From Candidatus Rifleibacteriota bacterium (GTDB lineage: Bacteria > Muiribacteriota > Ozemobacteria > Ozemobacterales > Ozemobacteraceae), in contig JADFZL010000003.1 of NCBI GenBank assembly GCA_015232575.1, positions 64,001 through 128,000 on the forward strand: a stretch of DNA of 64,000 nt, written 5' to 3'. Below the pieces are notes generated by a model. That model did no database searches, had not been told where the DNA came from, and saw only the letters and a list, made by a program, of their open reading frames with translations. Position 1 is the first letter of the stretch, and each line of letters opens with the position of its first letter. Positions 30,377 through 40,749 of this stretch are shown here, piece by piece. Made by a program: the position numbers and the translations under genes.

Positions 30377-31744
30377 TCAGTTTGTTTCGAATGTTTTTTC
30401 CCTGAACATACGATCCTTAGTGTAACTTCCCAGATGTCGTGCATAATAGTTGTATCCAAGATTTGCCGGAATGGCAACCGGAAGCAGGCATCTTGAAAGA
30501 GAAAGACGTTTGAAGACAGAGCGAAGCGAATAGCTTTTCTGCCAGGCGTATATCAGTCCTTCCTGAAGTTGATCCGGAGTCATATTTTTTGGGCGGAAAA
30601 CAACATGCTCAGCATCAAACAGTGACCAGTCCCGCTCAATGATTCTTCCCTCCGATTCCAGTTCCCGGAACACTTCGGTTCCTGGAAACGGTGTTATCAC
30701 TGAAAACTGTGGAAGGTCGATATTTGTTTCATATATAAATTCAACAGTTTTCTTGAATACGTCTATTGAGTCAACATCCAGACCAAAAACAAAACAGGCC
30801 TGAATTCCAATTCCATATTCATGAAAACGCTTGACTGCATCACGATATTTCGAAACCTGATTAAACCCCTTTTTTACAAAGGTAAGAGCGTTTTGTGAAA
30901 CAGATTCAAATCCGATAAGAAGGCCTTTGCATCCGCTTTCAGCAAGAGTTTTCAACAGGACTTCATCGTGTGCTACATCAATTGTAGCGCAGCCAACCCA
31001 CCATTTTTTAAAAGGTGTAATTGCCTGAAATAATTTGACTGCATAATTTCTATCGCAGGTAAGGCTTGGGTCAAGAAAACACAATTCAGAGCCTTCAAGT
31101 GTACTTATTTCTTCAACTATGTCGCTTATCGGGCGGACGTAGTACTTGTTATTCCATGCGCGTGCAACAGCGCAGAATGAGCATTTATGAGCACAACCGC
31201 GCGTTGCTTCTATTGAATTTACTGTTATGTATTTTTTTCGATCAAATATTGATCTGTCGGGAATCGGAGTTTTAGAAACAGAAAGGTCAAATGAGCTGCT
31301 CATTCGATAAAATGGTTTAAGACACCCATTTTTGAAATCTCTGAGGGCTTGTGGCCAGCTTTCTTCTGCAAGACCAGCAATAACACAGTCTGCATGCAGT
31401 TTAGCTTCATCAGGCATAAGAGTTGGATGAATACCGCCAATTATTACTGTTTTTCCATTTTTTCTGAAATGGTCGGCCATTGAATAGGCACGCAGTGCCG
31501 TTCCTGTCATGGCACTTATTCCCACGAGGTCTGCATCTGAATAATCTTCCGGGTTCCAGACATCTGCTCCTTCGTCAATTACCTGAACAGATGCATTAAT
31601 ATCTTTGGGAATCAACGCAACCAGAGTTGCAAGTGTCAAAGGTGCATATCTGAGTGATCTGGCGTATGTTCCCGCGCCCGCACGATGAATCGGACCGTGT
31701 GGAAGAATAAGTAAAATCTTCATAGAAAGAATATTTCCTGTCAC
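30377..31744 (-). CDS. B12-binding-domain radical SAM protein
   Basis: N-terminal cobalamin-binding-like region; 'RGCAHKCSFCAV' CxxxCxxC motif; the start may be the internal ATG at 31723 (MKILLILP). Confidence 0.75.
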   Translation of the reverse strand: MTGNILSMKILLILPHGPIHRAGAGTYARSLRYAPLTLATLVALIPKDINASVQVIDEGADVWNPEDYSDADLVGISAMTGTALRAYSMADHFRKNGKTVIIGGIHPTLMPDEAKLHADCVIAGLAEESWPQALRDFKNGCLKPFYRMSSSFDLSVSKTPIPDRSIFDRKKYITVNSIEATRGCAHKCSFCAVARAWNNKYYVRPISDIVEEISTLEGSELCFLDPSLTCDRNYAVKLFQAITPFKKWWVGCATIDVAHDEVLLKTLAESGCKGLLIGFESVSQNALTFVKKGFNQVSKYRDAVKRFHEYGIGIQACFVFGLDVDSIDVFKKTVEFIYETNIDLPQFSVITPFPGTEVFRELESEGRIIERDWSLFDAEHVVFRPKNMTPDQLQEGLIYAWQKSYSLRSVFKRLSLSRCLLPVAIPANLGYNYYARHLGSYTKDRMFREKTFETN

Positions 31745-32025
31745 TTAAAAAACATTGTCTGAATTTATGAATATCCTACATTATTCCCGCATATTTTTCA
31801 ATACATATAAGGCTCTGTTTTTCAATTGATAATATGTGTACAATTTCCCCAGAGCTTTTCTAAATACGCAAAATCTTAAATAAGGGGGCGTTAAAGAATA
31901 AACTGATCATTTCAGGATTTTATTTGAAAATAATCATTAACGTACCCTCAATTACAGAGAGAAGTAACGCTGATAGTTCGGTACCCTCGAAATAATCATG
32001 TTGTTTCTTAACGACTCCTAAGGGG

Positions 32026-32122
32026 GCAAATTTGCGTGTTAACTTTTGGGTGAGCTGTCAACTCGAACGAATGTGAGAGATTTCTGAAAGTGCGAGATTT
32101 CTCCCTTCGGTCGAAATGACAT
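32026..32122 (-). repeat. copy A of a ~100-bp structured intergenic repeat family (inverted orientation relative to copy C)
   Basis: Reverse complement aligns to 61116-61213 at about 80% identity, including 'ATGTCATTTCGAC' and 'CTCACATTCGTTCGAG(T/A)TGACAG' and 'AAAGTTAACA'. Confidence 0.7.
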
Positions 32123-32358
32123 ACATAAATGGCTCCTTTATTAAGATTTGTAGTATTAAGAGACAAAATAATTTTATATGCTGCTTCAAAACATCATCAT
32201 TTCAGGTTTTCAGCGGTGAGTATTACATGAAATTGAATGAATGAAAAAAGTATGTAATAAAACATTGAAAACAAACGTATTGGTAATTCAGTGTGCGGAA
32301 AAAGTGTCAAGTTTTCATGGCAATACTTCTGCGAAAAAAATCTGGAGGAAAGGTTCTT

Positions 32359-33861
32359 ATGCGAAGTTTTGGTCGTTTTGCTTTGGTTTTAACAGCCGTG
32401 GCTTTTATTTCTTCTGTCAGTTGGGGTTCTGACAGTGTTTCGAATCGCTGGATTGTAAAGTTCCGAGCTAAGAGTACAATTTCAAAAGTGAAATTCGGAA
32501 AACCATCACAGATTATCAGTTATCTGCAGAGTGAATTGGCAGAAAACATTGAAAAAACAGGAAATCGTGATTTATTCAGAAACACATCACCTCTCTGGAT
32601 ATCGAATGCAATAGCAATTACTTCGAATCCTGATGAAATCAAGCGTATTTCTTCAATGGAAAATGTTGAATCTGTTTTTCCTGTGGAATACAGAAAATGG
32701 ATCTCTGATGAACCTGTTACAAAAAAATCTATAAGAGAAGTCCAGTGGGGAGTGGCAAAGGTCCGTGCTAATGAGGTTTGGCAAAAATTCAGTGTTGATG
32801 GCAGCGGAGTTGTTGTTGGGCATCTTGATACTGGAGTCGATGGAAAACATCCTGCACTTGCCGGAAAGATTCTGAAATTTAAAGATTTCATTTCTTCTTC
32901 AACTGAGCCCATAGATGAAAACGGCCATGGAAGCCATACGGCCGGAACAATATGCGGATCTGAAGGCGTTGGTGTGGCACCTGGTGCAAGGCTTGTTTCT
33001 GCCAGGATATTTGATAACTTCGGCGGAGGAACAGAAGAAGGTATTCTTAAAGCCATGCAATGGGTAATGGATCCGGATGAAAATCCTGAAACAAATGATT
33101 TTCCGCGTCTGGTAAGTAATTCATGGGGTGGCGATACTCCCAACAAGAAGCTCTTTTACGATGCAGTCCAGAGTTGGGTTGCACTCGGAATGTTACCGGT
33201 GTTCTCAGCTGGAAACTCAGGACCAAAAGGTAAAGTCGGAGTTCCTGGTGCATTTCCAAATACATGGGCCATAGGTTCCACAACTGACAAAGATACTCTT
33301 TCCCGCTTCAGCAGTATTGGCCCGTCAACATGGGAAGGTGTAACTTATACAAAGCCAGACGTTACCGCGCCAGGAAGTGAAATCTATTCCTGCGATATGA
33401 ATGGCAAATACTCATATAAAAGCGGAACATCAATGGCGTGTCCTCACGTATCCGGACTTGTCGCAATGATGCTTCAGGTTAACCCGGCACTTACTATTTC
33501 AGAAATCCGTGAAATTGTTGAATCAACGGTAATAGATATTGGTGAGAAGGGAAAGGACATTAAATTTGGTTCAGGAAGAATTGATGCTTTTGCCTGTATT
33601 GAAAAAATTCTACCACAGACGCCGGTTGAAAATGTCGTGCAGGGATATAAAATGTCGCTTGAAATTGAGTCTTGGCTTAATAAAGATTCAAGAGTTTCAC
33701 CACTCGCCGGGCCAATGGCAAATTACCTGATTGAGAGAATCAGACTAATAGATGATAGCGAATTTGCAGTATTAAAAAACTTGTATTTTAATGATGAAGC
33801 TGTTTCGGAAGTATTCAAACAGATTAATTCAGCTAGAAAGTTTAACAGTCTGCAACATTGA
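32359..33861 (+). CDS. secreted subtilisin-like serine protease, peptidase S8 family
   Basis: Signal peptide; catalytic motifs 'GHLDTGVD' (Asp), 'HGSHTAGT' (His), 'GTSMACPHVSG' (Ser); start at ATG 32359 after GGAGGAAAGG. Confidence 0.85.
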   Translation: MRSFGRFALVLTAVAFISSVSWGSDSVSNRWIVKFRAKSTISKVKFGKPSQIISYLQSELAENIEKTGNRDLFRNTSPLWISNAIAITSNPDEIKRISSMENVESVFPVEYRKWISDEPVTKKSIREVQWGVAKVRANEVWQKFSVDGSGVVVGHLDTGVDGKHPALAGKILKFKDFISSSTEPIDENGHGSHTAGTICGSEGVGVAPGARLVSARIFDNFGGGTEEGILKAMQWVMDPDENPETNDFPRLVSNSWGGDTPNKKLFYDAVQSWVALGMLPVFSAGNSGPKGKVGVPGAFPNTWAIGSTTDKDTLSRFSSIGPSTWEGVTYTKPDVTAPGSEIYSCDMNGKYSYKSGTSMACPHVSGLVAMMLQVNPALTISEIREIVESTVIDIGEKGKDIKFGSGRIDAFACIEKILPQTPVENVVQGYKMSLEIESWLNKDSRVSPLAGPMANYLIERIRLIDDSEFAVLKNLYFNDEAVSEVFKQINSARKFNSLQH

Positions 33862-33870
33862 TTGTTTATC

Positions 33871-33900
33871 GGCGAGCGCTTGGTTAATCAAGCGTTCGCC
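33871..33900. terminator. hairpin GGCGAGCGCTT-loop-AAGCGTTCGCC between convergent genes
   Basis: 11-bp stem with one mismatch. Confidence 0.5.
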
Positions 33901-33925
33901 ATTATTTTAAATGCCTGGCAGGCAT

Positions 33926-34570
33926 CTACAGTTTTCCATTCTTTTGTAGAAGTTGTTTAAGATTACATATCTGCTTTTCAGTATTATCGCAGTGAAGTGT
34001 TTGTATTCCAAGCTCAGATGCGGCATTCACATATTCAAAAATATCATCAAGATAGAGAATCTGTTCTGGACTTCCGCCAAATTTGTTTATTGCATCAAGA
34101 AAAATTTCGCGCTGCGGTTTGCGATAGCCGATTTCAAAAGACAGAGTTACCTGATCAAATAAGGGAAAAATGGTATTAACTGAAATCTCTGACTCGTAAT
34201 GTAGAATGTTCGTATTTGAAAGAAGTCCGACATGAAATTTCTTTTCTTTCAGAGATCGGATAAGAGATGTGGTTTCAGTTATTGGGGTGAAATAATCACA
34301 AAACGCCCATTTTAACCATTTTCGCTCGAATCTTTTCCCGAGAATTTTTTCTATTTCTGTTAACAGATCATCTCCGCCAATTTTACCTGATTCAAACTGG
34401 TTCGAAAGTCCTCCAGGATGAAAAAAAATTTCGCTGAATTCCTTCCACTTACTTTGATCTTCGCCTATGATTCGATTAAAAACCACGCTGTTATCAAATC
34501 TTGAAATAACGTTGCCATAGTCAAAGAGAAATAGTTGTATCTTTTCTGTATTTATTCTGCTTGCAATCAT
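33926..34570 (-). CDS. HAD-superfamily hydrolase-like protein
   Basis: N-terminal 'IQLFLFDYGNVIS' resembles HAD motif I; overall size and architecture. Confidence 0.45.
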   Translation of the reverse strand: MIASRINTEKIQLFLFDYGNVISRFDNSVVFNRIIGEDQSKWKEFSEIFFHPGGLSNQFESGKIGGDDLLTEIEKILGKRFERKWLKWAFCDYFTPITETTSLIRSLKEKKFHVGLLSNTNILHYESEISVNTIFPLFDQVTLSFEIGYRKPQREIFLDAINKFGGSPEQILYLDDIFEYVNAASELGIQTLHCDNTEKQICNLKQLLQKNGKL

Positions 34571-34593
34571 TATTTACTCCAATATATTCCGTA

Positions 34594-35004
34594 TTAAGAG
34601 TTCACATCTTCTGCAAATATGTTTAATGTTTCTGATAGAGTGTTCAGTTTCTTTTTCAGATATTGAACAGAGTCGCATTCAAATTGACTCTGGCCATTTT
34701 CTTCAATTTCTTTTAGTCGGTTGGAAATCAACTTTTTTGCTTTTACAATTGCCCTGACAAGAAATGAAAAATTCAGCGGTTTGTCTTTCTTTTGGGAAAT
34801 CTTTTTCCCGGCGATTGCCTTTTTGGGTGATTCTTTAATTGCAGGTGCTTCAGAAGGTATTATTACGGAAACAGACACGCCGACCTGAGCATTCTTTATT
34901 CTGTTCAAAGGAATTTCAATCATACCAGAATTGTCTTCTGGTTGTACAATGGCAATTGTTTCCCGGATTTCTAATATTTTTCCCTTAATTCTGGATATTT
35001 TCAT
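34594..35004 (-). CDS. hypothetical protein
   Basis: 136-aa ORF tightly following the HAD gene; no motif recognised. Confidence 0.4.
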   Translation of the reverse strand: MKISRIKGKILEIRETIAIVQPEDNSGMIEIPLNRIKNAQVGVSVSVIIPSEAPAIKESPKKAIAGKKISQKKDKPLNFSFLVRAIVKAKKLISNRLKEIEENGQSQFECDSVQYLKKKLNTLSETLNIFAEDVNS

Positions 35005-35185
35005 TTATACATTACTCCGATAATTATTCATTAAAACTATGCTTAATGGAAATTCAACAGCCTTCTGATATATAGTTAAATCTAGCACAATATTTTTTAC
35101 TTTTCAAATATTGAGAGATTTGATTATAATTAGCCCGAATGAATTTTGCCGTGATAAATGATGATTATTATTCAGGGAGAGAAAT

Positions 35186-36877
35186 TTGAAAAAATTAAGA
35201 CACTTATTGATATCAGCTATTTTTGCCATATTTCTTCTGGTATTTCCTTATATAATTCAAGCTGAAACCATTGTAGCGAAAGAAAATTCCCCTGGAAAGA
35301 CAGATAATTCTGTTGAAAGTTTTAAAAGAGAAAGTAAAGAAAATCTCGTGAATATGGACATTATTGAACAACTTTTCATTCAATCTGGTGATGACCAGGA
35401 AAAATTCGAGTTGCTGCTTTCCGGATGTGATTTTACGAATATTGAATTTTCTCAGTTGTACTCTTTTTTGTCCAGGCCAGTTAATATTCCGGAAAAATAT
35501 CTTAATAAAGCACCTAATCTTGAAATTCGCAAACTGAAATGTTCTGACAACATTGAAAGACCATTCATTGTCGGAATTCCAAGCATTAATGGTACAGAAA
35601 GCTTTCCATTGATTATTTTTCTGCATGGCGGAGTTTCATGGGAAGAAAAAAATGGTGAGCATTTGATGGAAGAGGCTGAAGAGAATGTTTTCTGGAAACA
35701 CGCGAAAGAAAAGAAATGTTTTTTTCTTTACCCATTTGCACAGGATGGTGCTACGTGGTGGGACAAACGCGGAATGGAGAACATTTCGAGGCAAATCAAA
35801 ATTTTGAAGAAGGATTTTAATATTGATGATAAACGTGTCTGGCTTGGAGGAGTATCAGACGGAGGTTCTGGCACCTTCATTCAGGCAATGTTGAAACCGC
35901 AGGATTATGCCGCATGTTTTTCCCTGATCGGCCATCCCGGACTTGGAAACATCGAAGGTGGGCTTCCAACATATCTTACAAATCTTTCGAATATACCATC
36001 TTTTGTAATAAATACAACAGATGATAATTTTTATCCATCTTCCAGGATGATAAAAATTCTTGAAGTTGCAAAGAAATGCGGAGCTGACATATTATTCCGG
36101 GAATTACCCGGCGGTCATGATACTAATTTTCTGCTGCAGGAAAGCCTGAAAATTATTGATTTTCTTGAATCGAATGTGAGAAATAATTTTCCCTCAAGGA
36201 TAAATTTCGAAACTTCCGATCTTGATTACGGAAAATTCTTATGGTTGAAAATTGAATCTCTGGACCCTTTTCAGAGGAAAGATTGGCATAAAGAAAATAA
36301 TGCAATTCTTCCAGATGAAAAAGTTGAAATGCGCTGGATAATAGAATCTGATTTTTCAAAAGGCGGAGCTTCAATAAAGCGCATATTTATTGATACAATA
36401 CCATCAGCACTAGGCTTGAGAAGCGGAGATATTATTCAGAAAATTGATGAAGTACAAATTACATCCAAACAGGTGTTTGACGAAATTATTTCAAAACTCC
36501 GCAGAGGAAGGGACATTCAGCTTGATATTCTCAGAGATGGAAAATCAGAAAAAATTCTGTCCAGGTTTCCCCAGCCTGTATGGAAATATGTTTTCCAGTA
36601 TGATTCTCCATCTGGTATAGTACATGCCGAATGCATTGGTAACAAGATTGAACTGAAATCTTCAGGTGTTGCTTCTCTCAGCATATTTGTACATCCTGAC
36701 CAGTTTGACATTTCCCGAAAAATATCTGTTTATTCATCTGGAGAGCAGGTTTTTAATGATTATGTGTATCCCGATAAATCATTTATGTTAAGAAACTTTT
36801 TTCGTAACTATGATAAAAGCTTGATTTATATAAATAAGATTTCACTTCAAATAAAATCTAAACCAGAGCCTTTTTAA
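35186..36877 (+). CDS. secreted alpha/beta-hydrolase (esterase/peptidase-like) with a C-terminal PDZ domain
   Basis: Signal peptide; nucleophile elbow 'GGVSDGGSG' (GxSxG); PDZ-like 'GLRSGDIIQKIDEVQI'. Confidence 0.6.
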   Translation: MKKLRHLLISAIFAIFLLVFPYIIQAETIVAKENSPGKTDNSVESFKRESKENLVNMDIIEQLFIQSGDDQEKFELLLSGCDFTNIEFSQLYSFLSRPVNIPEKYLNKAPNLEIRKLKCSDNIERPFIVGIPSINGTESFPLIIFLHGGVSWEEKNGEHLMEEAEENVFWKHAKEKKCFFLYPFAQDGATWWDKRGMENISRQIKILKKDFNIDDKRVWLGGVSDGGSGTFIQAMLKPQDYAACFSLIGHPGLGNIEGGLPTYLTNLSNIPSFVINTTDDNFYPSSRMIKILEVAKKCGADILFRELPGGHDTNFLLQESLKIIDFLESNVRNNFPSRINFETSDLDYGKFLWLKIESLDPFQRKDWHKENNAILPDEKVEMRWIIESDFSKGGASIKRIFIDTIPSALGLRSGDIIQKIDEVQITSKQVFDEIISKLRRGRDIQLDILRDGKSEKILSRFPQPVWKYVFQYDSPSGIVHAECIGNKIELKSSGVASLSIFVHPDQFDISRKISVYSSGEQVFNDYVYPDKSFMLRNFFRNYDKSLIYINKISLQIKSKPEPF

Positions 36878-37711
36878 GTGATAAAAGTAATTTTCCCATT
36901 GATTCTGGCTTTGCTTAGTGCTTTTTGGGCATATTCTGACTTTTCAGAAAATACTCTGCTCATATTAACATTTCACGGTGTTACCGATAATCCGCAGCTT
37001 CCATGGGAAATTTCATATTTAAAGTTGAAAGATTGTGTTGATAAATTCGAAAATTCAGGATACAGGCATATTTCGCCCGATTTGGTCGAAAAATGGCTTT
37101 CTGGAGAAGATCGCAAGGGGAGATTCATTTTCATCACATTTGATGATGGTTTAAAGTCATCTTATCATGCAATGAAAATGTTATATTCAGAAAAGCAGAT
37201 TTTCTCGGGAATTTTTCTAATCACAGATTTTATTGGAAAGCCCGGTTATGTTTCAACGGAAGATATTCTTGAACTGAACTCATCAGGTTTTCATATTTTT
37301 CTCCACGGAAAATCACATGATTCACCGCAGAAGTTGGAAAAGATGAAACTGGTTTCTGACTTAAAGTATGCGTCAAAATTTCTGAGTGAATTAGCGTCTA
37401 CTTCTTTTCGAAGCTGGTATGCATATCCGTATGGTGAATATAATGAAGCATCTGTTGATGCAGTAAAGCTATCAGGTTTGAGATATGCTTTTACGATAGA
37501 TGGAGACAGCATATCGGCACCTCAATCTAACCTTCTTTTGGTGCCAAGAGTTATGTATCTTAAAGCACCAGAAGATTCTTCAGAGTCTGTTTTTCATGAC
37601 TGGCTTCCTCCAGATAATATTCGCACTGGATATTTAAAAATTCTTATATCTTTATTTCTTCTGATGTTTTCTGCATTTTCATTCCTGAAAAGAGGCTCTG
37701 ACAAACAATAA
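36878..37711 (+). CDS. polysaccharide deacetylase (CE4/NodB) family protein
   Basis: 'FITFDDGLKSSY' NodB motif; starts 1 nt after the preceding stop. Confidence 0.7.
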   Translation: MIKVIFPLILALLSAFWAYSDFSENTLLILTFHGVTDNPQLPWEISYLKLKDCVDKFENSGYRHISPDLVEKWLSGEDRKGRFIFITFDDGLKSSYHAMKMLYSEKQIFSGIFLITDFIGKPGYVSTEDILELNSSGFHIFLHGKSHDSPQKLEKMKLVSDLKYASKFLSELASTSFRSWYAYPYGEYNEASVDAVKLSGLRYAFTIDGDSISAPQSNLLLVPRVMYLKAPEDSSESVFHDWLPPDNIRTGYLKILISLFLLMFSAFSFLKRGSDKQ

Positions 37712-37812
37712 TTAAATAATTTATCAATAATACTGCAGTCATGATATTTTGACAATTATCAGTTATTATGCGAAAATTGTCACCGTTAAATTCATCCACA
37801 GGAGACCAAATT

Positions 37813-39237
37813 GTGAAAATCTCTAATCCGCTTGTTTTTAAAGAATATGATATCAGAGGTGTTGTAAAAAAGGATTTGCCCGGCGATCTGGTTTTTGCTA
37901 TCGGAAAAGCATTTGCAAAGTATGTTTTTGAAAAAAAAGGTAATAAATATCCGAAAATGGCTATTGGTAGAGATGTAAGACTTTCAAGCCCCGATCTTTT
38001 CAATCATATCAGCAATGCTTTTATTGAAAGCGGTGTAGAAGTAATAGATCTTGGAATTTGTCCAACACCTCTTGTATATTTTTCATTGTTTCATCTTCCT
38101 GTTGATGGAGCTGTAATGATAACCGGAAGCCATAATCCGGCTGAGTTCAATGGTTTTAAACTTTGTCACAGTAAAACAACTCTTTTTGGAAAACAGATTC
38201 AGGAAATTCGTGAAAGAATTGAAAAAGAAGATTACATAAGTGGCAACGGAAAACTTGAAAAGTTCGATATAATTTCCGCATACAATGAATATCAGAAGAA
38301 ACGTCACAGTAACCTGAAACAAGGTAATCAGAACCTTTCAGTAGTAGTAGATTCGGGAAATGGTACAGCATCGACAGTTGTTCCTCCGCTTTTAAGAGAT
38401 CTCGGGTGCCGTGTCACTGAACTTTTCTGTACTCTTGATGGAAATTTTCCAAATCATCATCCGGATCCAACCATTCCTGAAAATCTCCAGGCACTTATCG
38501 AACGTGTCAGAAGCGAGAAAGCAGATCTTGGAATAGCCTTCGATGGAGATGCCGACCGACTTGGCGTTGTCGATGAAAATGGCAGAATTCTTTGGGGCGA
38601 TGAAATTATGGTTGTTCTTGCAAAAGACATATTGAAAAGGCATCCCGGTGCCTCTATTATTGGCGAAGTAAAATGCAGTCAGAGAATGTACGATGCAATA
38701 AACTCATCAGGCGGAAAAGCTATGATGTGGAAGACAGGACATTCATTGATCAAGAATAAAATGAAAGAGGAAAAAGCTTTACTGGCTGGCGAAATGAGCG
38801 GACACCTCTTTTTTGCAGAAGATTATTTCGGCTATGATGATGCGGTTCATGCAGCGCTTGAAGTTTTGAGAATTCTTTCAGATCACAAGGCAAATAAAGG
38901 AAAAGGGCTTTCTGAACTTCTGTACGGTCTTCCGGATGTGATTGCTACTCCAGAAATCAGAATTGACTGTGATGATACAAAAAAATTTGAGATTGTCAGC
39001 AAAGTTTCAGAATATATGTCAAATCACTTGAAACAACGGCTGACACCAGTAATAAAAAGTATAAACTGTATCGATGGTGTCAGAGCAGAATTTGAAAAAG
39101 GCTGGGGGCTGGTAAGGGCATCCAACACTCAACCAATACTCGTATCAAGATTCGAAGCAATCGCTTCATCAGAACTTGAATCGTATAAAGCACTTTTCAA
39201 TAAAGCAATCGAATTAGCAAAGGTGTCAAATAAATAA
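37813..39237 (+). CDS. phosphomannomutase/phosphoglucomutase (alpha-D-phosphohexomutase)
   Basis: 'FKEYDIRG' N-terminus, active-site 'TGSHNPAEFNGFK', metal loop 'FDGDADR'; the start may be GTG 37813 or the track's 37768. Confidence 0.85.
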   Translation: MKISNPLVFKEYDIRGVVKKDLPGDLVFAIGKAFAKYVFEKKGNKYPKMAIGRDVRLSSPDLFNHISNAFIESGVEVIDLGICPTPLVYFSLFHLPVDGAVMITGSHNPAEFNGFKLCHSKTTLFGKQIQEIRERIEKEDYISGNGKLEKFDIISAYNEYQKKRHSNLKQGNQNLSVVVDSGNGTASTVVPPLLRDLGCRVTELFCTLDGNFPNHHPDPTIPENLQALIERVRSEKADLGIAFDGDADRLGVVDENGRILWGDEIMVVLAKDILKRHPGASIIGEVKCSQRMYDAINSSGGKAMMWKTGHSLIKNKMKEEKALLAGEMSGHLFFAEDYFGYDDAVHAALEVLRILSDHKANKGKGLSELLYGLPDVIATPEIRIDCDDTKKFEIVSKVSEYMSNHLKQRLTPVIKSINCIDGVRAEFEKGWGLVRASNTQPILVSRFEAIASSELESYKALFNKAIELAKVSNK

Positions 39238-39249
39238 GTGTTAAAAGCA

Positions 39250-39287
39250 TTTTCCCTCTCCCTTGTTAACCACAGAGAGAGGGAAAA
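39250..39287. terminator. hairpin TTTTCCCTCTC-loop-GAGAGGGAAAA between convergent genes
   Basis: 11-bp perfect stem, 16-nt loop. Confidence 0.55.
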
Positions 39288-39315
39288 TGTCACGATTTAT
39301 TGAGTTGTTGATGCA

Positions 39316-40563
39316 TTATCTCGGAGGTAGCGGAATTGTGCCTGCGCTGCGTGGGTTGATGTAACTTCCGTTTCTTTTGATGCCCATGTGAAGATGCGGA
39401 CCGGTAGTCCATTGACCAGTATTGTCTGATTTCGCGATTTCCTGACCCATATTAACTCTCTGACCTTCCCTTGCCGAAGTAGATTGAAGATGACAATATA
39501 CTGATTCCAGACCATTGTCGTATCTTACTTTAATGAATCTTCCACCTCCGCTTTCGTAGCCGACATCCGAAACAACACCGTCTCCAAGAGCGTTAAGTCT
39601 TGTACCTGAATTTATTGGAAGATCTATTCCGTAATGGTAGTCGTGTCCGAAAAGATCTCTAGGACCAAACTCTGATGATACTCTTGACGGCATTGGCGTA
39701 CAAGGAGCAGCTCCAAATCTTCCTCTGCCGGCAGTTACCGGGTTGGCATTGGAAGCTGGTGAAGAGTTGGGATTGCGAACCGGGCTTCTGGTGGCCGGAG
39801 TGTTCGGAGTGGTAACATAGTTCTTGTGAACATACGCAAATCCATCGTTAAATTTGATTTTATACCATTCGCCTTCTGTGGCGACAATTTCAACCTTTGC
39901 CCCGTTTTCAAGTTTTCCGCTGATTTCACCCCATGCAGTTTTTCGAACATTGAGATATGTGTTAACTTCAACCATACCTTGAATAATCTGAGCTGGTGCG
40001 GGATTATTATTGCCGGTTAAGTCTGAAGATGGATTTGTACTTGCGTTTTCCGGAAGATCAAGAATCCAGCCAGGGTATATCAGATTCGGATTATTGGACA
40101 AAGATGGATACTTACTCTTGTTGAGTTGTACAAGCTCGGGGTATCTGCTTCCAGAGCCAAGAACACTCTTGGCGATTTTCCAGAGGGTGTCCCCGGGTTG
40201 AACAGTGTATGTTCGACCTGAACTGACTGGACTTTGAATTGGATTAACCGGCGCCTGAATTGTCGATGAGGAAATACTAACAGGGGCCGAAGATGTTAAT
40301 GGAATAACAGCAGTTACTGGGGGAGATATCGGAGGCAGTGTTATGGTTATTGTTACTGAAGAATTGTTTACTGGATTTGTTTGGATTATGGTTGAAACGG
40401 AAGCATTTCCGACCTTTATTGAGACGCTTACATTGTTTTCAGATACTGGTGAAGTTCTGCAGAATGCTATTTGAGAAACAAAAAGAAATACAAAAAGTGA
40501 ATAAAAAGGTGATTTTTTCATTACCTGCCTCGCATTCTTAAGTAAGTTACAAAACTTTCTCAA
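39316..40563 (-). CDS. secreted M23-family metallopeptidase with P/S/T-rich linker, LysM and SH3b domains
   Basis: LysM 'YTVQPGDTLWKIAKSVLG'; SH3b-like 'YLNVRKTAWGEISGKL...WYKIKF'; M23 'HYGIDL' (HxxxD) and 'GPHLHMG' (HxH). Confidence 0.8.
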   Translation of the reverse strand: MRKFCNLLKNARQVMKKSPFYSLFVFLFVSQIAFCRTSPVSENNVSVSIKVGNASVSTIIQTNPVNNSSVTITITLPPISPPVTAVIPLTSSAPVSISSSTIQAPVNPIQSPVSSGRTYTVQPGDTLWKIAKSVLGSGSRYPELVQLNKSKYPSLSNNPNLIYPGWILDLPENASTNPSSDLTGNNNPAPAQIIQGMVEVNTYLNVRKTAWGEISGKLENGAKVEIVATEGEWYKIKFNDGFAYVHKNYVTTPNTPATRSPVRNPNSSPASNANPVTAGRGRFGAAPCTPMPSRVSSEFGPRDLFGHDYHYGIDLPINSGTRLNALGDGVVSDVGYESGGGRFIKVRYDNGLESVYCHLQSTSAREGQRVNMGQEIAKSDNTGQWTTGPHLHMGIKRNGSYINPRSAGTIPLPPR

Positions 40564-40593
40564 GCTATTTCACTCAAAAAGTTTTGTTTTTGC

Positions 40594-40624
40594 TGTCATT
40601 TCGACCTAAGGGAGAAATTTCGTG
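40594..40624 (+). repeat. partial or degenerate copy B of the structured intergenic repeat family (5' arm only)
   Basis: 'TGTCATTTCGACCTAAGGGAGAAATTTCGTG' matches the first ~30 nt of copies A and C. Confidence 0.5.
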
Positions 40625-40749
40625 TCTTCTTCTTGAAAAAGCATTATATTTGACCCTGCGGATATCTCTCCCAAATACTTCACATTCCATTTTTGTGAAA
40701 ATGAGCTTGTTTCCTGACTCTTTCGCAAGAAATCAATATTAATTCTTAG

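Noticed and set aside
32520-33146. 208-aa ORF on the minus strand
   Set aside because: Lies entirely antisense inside the S8 protease gene, which has unambiguous catalytic motifs on the + strand. No RBS or motif. Typical shadow ORF.
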